Assembly (NCBI RefSeq): GCF_009914755.1 | Contig: NC_060937.1 | Strand: one strand, 5' to 3' | DNA length: 64,000 nt | DNA from: the human T2T-CHM13v2.0 reference genome, Homo sapiens | Shown: piece by piece, positions 58,232 to 64,000 of the stretch | Numbering within the stretch: position 1 is the stretch's first letter | Layout: each line of letters opens with the position of its first letter | The notes under the pieces: model-generated | What the model saw: the letters and a program-made list of their open reading frames with translations, nothing else | Told to the model about the DNA's origin: nothing | Databases searched by the model: none | Position numbers and translations under genes: made by a program

Positions 58232-61200
58232 GTTTTCATGTTTAGGAGCTTTGTGAGGTCACACTATGCATATTATTCTATAATTTTAGGTAAATTCAGC
58301 AGTGACAAACACACCAACACTATAAAAACAAGGCCCCATAACACCTGCCTCATCCTAGAATCTTACAAAATATCACATTGTCCAACAGAAATGCCACCAG
58401 TTTGTAACCTCTGCTATATAATGAGAGATCAAGTTTGACTCTATAAAAATTTACAACCTGTCTATAGAAAGTACATGAGACAAAGTAAACAGACAGGTGA
58501 GATTTCTATATCTAACATATGGCCAATCAGAAAAGGTAAACAACCTTTCCACTAAAAAATGCTGAAAATGTGCTGGATAATAATTTCAAACATCTTCTTA
58601 AATGCATGACTGAAAAGATAAGTAAATAAGGAAAGTTCTTAATTATCAAAATTCGGCAAGAACAGAAATCCAGAAGTATAAGCCAGCATCGATCCTGCCA
58701 GCTGCCCAGGAGCCAGGAGGGAGGAGGGGCAGAGCCTCTGATGTTGGCAGGAGGGCAGATGAATGAAGGACTCTACAGGGAGCAGGACCCCAGAGGGCCA
58801 GTTGCTCAGGAAGGGTGGGTGTGGAGATGTCCACAACTGAGCACCTACTCACGAAGGGTCCTGACTTGCCCTGGGAAAAACTCATCCCAGACATTTCCCC
58901 CTGACTGCATCTGCAAGTACAGGTTGCTCCTCCCGTTGCAGTAGGGCCTGGATCCACACCACCTGTGTGCTTTTAAATTCGTTTTCCTGAGGAGCATACA
59001 TTGAGCTCATTTTACGGAGGTTGATTTGGCAAAAGCAATTAAAATGAAAAATGTATCTTTGAGCCAGGAATTCCACTTCTAGATTTATCTATTCACATAG
59101 GTGCACACACAAGACAATGTCTTCAATGATGTTTTTAAAAGTGAAAAACAAAGAAAAGAAACAACTATATGCCCACCAATAAGGGTATATGACAATTATT
59201 TTAAACAGTAATAAATAATAAGCCACTAATAAAAAACAACTAAAATAATCAAAATAAAATATGACTGCAGCTATCATTGAACAATTTTTAACATCTTTGA
59301 ATAGATCAAGATAAATGATGGAAGTCACTGTGTTCCTTGTCCCCCATTCCGATTTCTGTTATCTGAGAAAGATGCACTGAAAATTACACTCCATTTAGGA
59401 AGATAATTCTGGAGAAAACATGCCTGTAGCCTAAAAAAGTGGAAGTGAGGAATAAAACAGTACAAATAAGTAGAATGTTGAGGGCAGAAATCAACAAAAT
59501 TCAATAGTTTTTATAAATGTAGCTGATATAAATCTCAATCCACAAACTCAGATCAGCAAGGTATATATATTTATAAAACTTGGGTATCCAAAAGTTTTGA
59601 CTCTGAGCAGAAAATAGAAAATTCAACTTTGCTTATTTTCAGGCCCTGAAAGGTATGAACATCCAGGGCCGTACTGAATATCAGGCAGTGGGAAGCCATT
59701 CTCCTTGGACCGCCCAAACCACGGCGACCACACTTCTTTCAGGCCCACGTGTGCCCGTGCCATGCTAGCCTGCTGGGTGACACTGGGGACCTGCATTCTT
59801 GCCTCTGCAGGTGCACAGTTGGAATTTCCAATGGGAGTCTTGCTGCCTGAAGGAGCTCCCAGAATCACCTCAAGTCCCATAGCTCATTCAAGGAGGTCTA
59901 GAAGCAGCAGAGCCCCTCAGCCAAGAGACCCTGCTCTCAGGGCCCTGCTCTAATCCCCCACCTCCCCTTCTTGGTGTCCTAGGATTTACCCCCATCCCTT
60001 TCCTGGCTCCCAGGACTTTTCTCCTGCACAGACCCTCCAGAAAACCCAGGGTAATCTCTACAGGGGGTGTAGGCTTTTACAAAAGACAGGGAGAGACAGA
60101 CTGCTTTCATCCCAGCCAAAAACCCCAGAGGAGTTGGGGGTGGAGGAGGGATTTCTAAAAGAATTACAAATCCTGGCTACTTGCTTGAAATGAGAAGGAG
60201 AAAATTCCGGGAAGTACAGAAACAATGTACTATTTCAGTAACGTATCTTGGCCACATAAAGAAAGAGGATTTAAGCATGTCCAAATTAAACCGTAATGAA
60301 AATGCTTACGGCAAGAAAGCATCAGAGAAAACAGAGACTTGTTGTCTAGTTTAAAATCAAATTTTAAATAAAGTTGTGACATCAAATTCAAAGAGAAAGG
60401 CAAACAGGTCTTTGGAAGCTATGAAAGCAAACGAACACAGACAGTTTAAAACCTGCAGCTTAGCAGTGTTGCTTCTCTGAATACAAAGGTGCCTGGTCCA
60501 CGATCTCTGTTCTGAAGGGTCTGACACAGAAGACACAACACCCAAGAAAGGAGCACAGGAGTTCTCCAGTCTGCTTATTCAGCCCTCGGGGAAGCTGTCC
60601 TTGCAGCAGCTAGAGATGTCCTGGCTCTCACAGTGAGATCACTTGCTCAAACAGATCAAATTCACCAAGATGCCACTGCAAATAGACATCGTTCCCTTCA
60701 GAATCCTGGCTAAATAGAGAGCAGGTGGTAGTGGCTATCGTCTTCTAAATCAAGTTCATTTTCAAGAAGAGCAATCGTGTTTATCCTTGCATTTTCCCTA
60801 CATTGTAAAATGTTAACTGGAATATATAAGATGATTTTCTTTCACATTTCACCATCCTGATTAACATTTGCTAGTAAACAAACCAACAAAATGTATAAAT
60901 GCATTACTGGGAGATAATGAATGAAAATATCTCTTAGAGTTTTGTTGTGAGAAGAAACAGAAAACTGGGTTGGTTGTTGGAGATGGAAAAACTACAAGTA
61001 CAGATTTGTGGTTTTTTGTTTGTTTTATTTTTGCCCCTTTGGGGGAGTTGATGTGTAAGCGAACGGGCATGATACCATAGAAGAGGAAATGATGAAGCAA
61101 AAGAGGGAGGCAAGAATTTCTAGTCCCATCTTTGAGGAGAGGAGAGGGAGTAATTCCCAGTGGGTTCCTGGAGTAGTTGGCCTTAGCCAGGATCACGTTG

Positions 61201-61514
61201 GTTCATGTAGGAACCGGAGGATGCAGAAGGTGAACACTGTTGCTGGACATTGACGGAGGACATCATGGGGTCCAAGAAGTCTTCTAATTTCTCTTTGTGA
61301 ATGGCAAGCAAGAGCATCAGATGCCTCCCAGCACTTCCATAGATGCCATTGCTTCTCGTTTTGTGTGAGTTACTTCTGAAAAACTCCTTTCTCCTACATC
61401 TTTAACCTCTTTCTCTCCATTGACTTCTTCTCTTCCATTTAATGGCATTTTTTAAGTTTGCCCAATCTTAAACAATAACAACAATTCTCCAAATTTTCTC
61501 CACTTTGGCTACTG

Positions 61515-61620
61515 TCATTCAACAAATTCTTACTAAACAGCTGCTGTTTGCCAGATCCTGAGCTGATGCTAGGAATCAGAGACAAATACAAGGAGATTCT
61601 GTTCCTTGGGAGCACTAACC
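61515..61620 (-). mobile_element. L2 3'-end fragment
   Basis: tcattcaacaaattcttact...tgccag...tgctagg. Confidence 0.6.
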
Positions 61621-61831
61621 AGCTACAAGGCATGTCCTCTCTTTCTCCCTTCATAGAGAGGAATCCAAGGATAGTTGTTTATAATTTCTGTCTCCATTTT
61701 CTCACTTCTCATTCTATCTTCTGCTTATTGCAATTTGTTTCCTGCCTCAGGAATTCACTGAGATTCTTCTAGGGTCCAGTGATCTCAATGACAAATCAAT
61801 CCCTGAGTCATTTTCATGCCATATTGAATGT

Positions 61832-62480
61832 TGTGTGCACACTCTATGGGAAACCTCAATGATTTCCACCTCCCAACATTCACATTCTTCTGTAACCCAC
61901 TCCCTTAACTGCAGAAACTGTGACTTGCTTATAACCAACAGAATATGGCAATGGTGATGGGATGTCTCTCCCACAGTTATGTTAGAATATGTAAGACTCC
62001 ATTTGGCAGACTGGAGTGAGAGATTCTCTTTGTTGGCTTGATAAAGTAAGCAGACATGGAGAGGAAGGCCACGAAACAAGAAACTGTGGGGTTCCTCTAG
62101 GACCTAACTAACAGTGGCTCCAGCCAACACTTACCAAAAAGTGGGGCCATTCAGTCATATAGACACAAGGAACAATTAGGCTGGTGTAAAAGGAATTGTG
62201 GTTTTGCCGTTACTTTTAAAAACCGCAATTCCTTTTGCACCAACCCAATGCATACCATGACCTGAATGAGTTCGGAAGTGAATCTTCCCTAGTCAAGCCT
62301 CCACATGAGAACACAGCCCAGCCAACACCTTGGTTGCAGCATCCTGAGATCCTGGGCAGAAGGCCCAGATAGGTGATACCCAGACTCCTGACCCATGGAA
62401 ACTGTGAGAGAATGAATAGATGTTGTTTTAAGCTTCTCAGTTTGTGATAATTTGTTAGGCAGAATCAGAACATTACTGCA
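61832..62480 (+). mobile_element. MLT1E/F-like MaLR solo LTR
   Basis: ctgtgacttgcttataaccaacagaatatggcaa...ccagactcctgacccatggaaactgtgag...tgttgttttaagc. Confidence 0.85.
62176..62248. mobile_element. MADE1 (Hsmar1-derived MITE), near-perfect hairpin, nested in the MLT1
   Basis: ttaggctggtgtaaaaggaattgtggtttt ... aaaaccgcaattccttttgcaccaacccaa. Confidence 0.92.
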
Positions 62481-62499
62481 TTGTATGAGTTAAGGAACA

Positions 62500-64000
62500 T
62501 TTGTAACAGTTTACCATTTTCTCCCTCTAGAAAATTTCTTCATCCTTTTTTATCTGTATCATTTCTTTCTGATTTTACTGTTTATTCTGCAAAAATTTAT
62601 TCCTACTCTGGTATGTGAGCTAATCTCCTCTCAGCTCACGTTCCCCTTAATGCTAATATTCCTCAGGGCTGCTCTCTCTGCACATGGTAGTGGCTTCTGG
62701 ATTTGCATCTCTAACTCCAATTTCTTAAAATCCAAAGACACATATTTGTGATTTTTTAATGAACTCAACAATTCAACCTGAACATACCTAAACCATGATA
62801 TACCTCCCGTACAACCTAACTAGAAATTAGACATCATCACTCAGTTTATCCCCCAGGCCAAATTTCCATAAGCAACCCTCTAGATCACTCCCTCTCTCTA
62901 ATGTGCCTCATCCAAAAATTCTGATTAGCCATGAGTCAGTTGATTTTAAGGTGTAAGTGTCTCCATATCTTTCCCTCCTCCCTATCTCTACTGATAATAT
63001 CTTGGTGTGGAAAGTCATTCTTTACTGGACTATTTCAACAGCACCATAATGGGTCACAATATTCTCGGCTTGTTCCCAGTCAATAGTCAGCCCAGTATTT
63101 CTTGAGCATATACCATGTGATGCGGTCAGAGCTGAGAGTAGCTATGGAGTACAAGACACATCTGATGACACCTTTATGGAGCTCACTTCTCTACCATCCA
63201 AAGATGCTTATTGCTCATCAGGGAACTATAGTCTCACCTCTAAGCAGTGCTACCCAAGATGCTGGTCTAAAAGAGATGAGGAGCTTGAGTCAGGTTGTAA
63301 ATTAATGCATTACTATCTTCTTCAACAAAGTGTATTTTTTAGAAATCAGCTGAGCTAAATGAAGTGCACTTCATGAAGTCGTTGATTGACATTCTAGAGC
63401 AAGGTTCTTAACGTGTCTGAGGCCAGAACAAATGACCTGCAGACTGGAAGAGGATTCAGAGACAACACTTGGGTAGGAATGGTTCCATGCATCCCTCACT
63501 GTTGTTAAAATAACTTCTGTAAGAATTAATGATTTTTAATGCCTTTCTCTATAATTGAATTCAATGGCTCTCTTTCACTTATTAGATAATCTACAAAGTC
63601 CTATTATTAGCACAGAAAAGACCTTAATGAAATAGCCGTTGCCTCCCTCTCTATTCCTAACTTTATACAGTTTATTATGCGTCTATCATACGAAGCAATT
63701 TGTATTTTTTTTACTTTGACATTTTCTCTCCATTACATTGTAAATTATTTCTTCTATATAAAAAGTCTTTCACTTTCTTATCTCTTTGCTAAATGCTACC
63801 TTATTCTTTAAGATTCAGGCCTGATGCCAGCATTTCTATGAACTACATTCTGCCTCATAATATTTTGTATATACCTCCAGTTTAGATTTTATGCTATCTT
63901 TGAGGATAATTGTCACCATTCACTAGATTGAGTTCTTCAGAGGTGATAATTTTGTCTGAGTCATACATGTATACCCGGAGCATAGCACAATCCCTGGAGC
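62500..64000 (+). mobile_element. Scattered L2 fragments
   Basis: ttcctcagggct, tagaaattagacatcatc, ttctttaagattcag, cactagattgagttcttcagagg...gagcatagcacaatccctgg. Confidence 0.5.

Overview
Primate (human-like) AT-rich non-coding genomic DNA, intronic or intergenic. I find no convincing protein-coding gene, RNA gene or CpG island, and the ORF track is almost entirely Alu-, L1- and microsatellite-derived noise. About half of the window is transposon-derived. This includes eight full-length Alus and two Alu stubs, a full-length decayed L1MA (27079-35553) with its TSD, two L1PA copies with 5' inversions, several L1 3'-end fragments, MaLR LTRs (MLT1, THE1), L2/MIR relics and DNA transposons (HSMAR2 with transposase remnants, Tigger2a, MER20, MER5, Charlie1, MADE1). 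The most notable non-routine items are: a ~400-bp probable mRNA retrocopy (26549-26951), two templated inverted duplications inside one L1MA copy, a 3x ~65-bp minisatellite beside a candidate non-coding exon, and a MADE1 hairpin with a compensatory base-pair change. I see no evidence for a new multi-gene system. Repeat subfamily names come from recalled consensus features, not database alignments.
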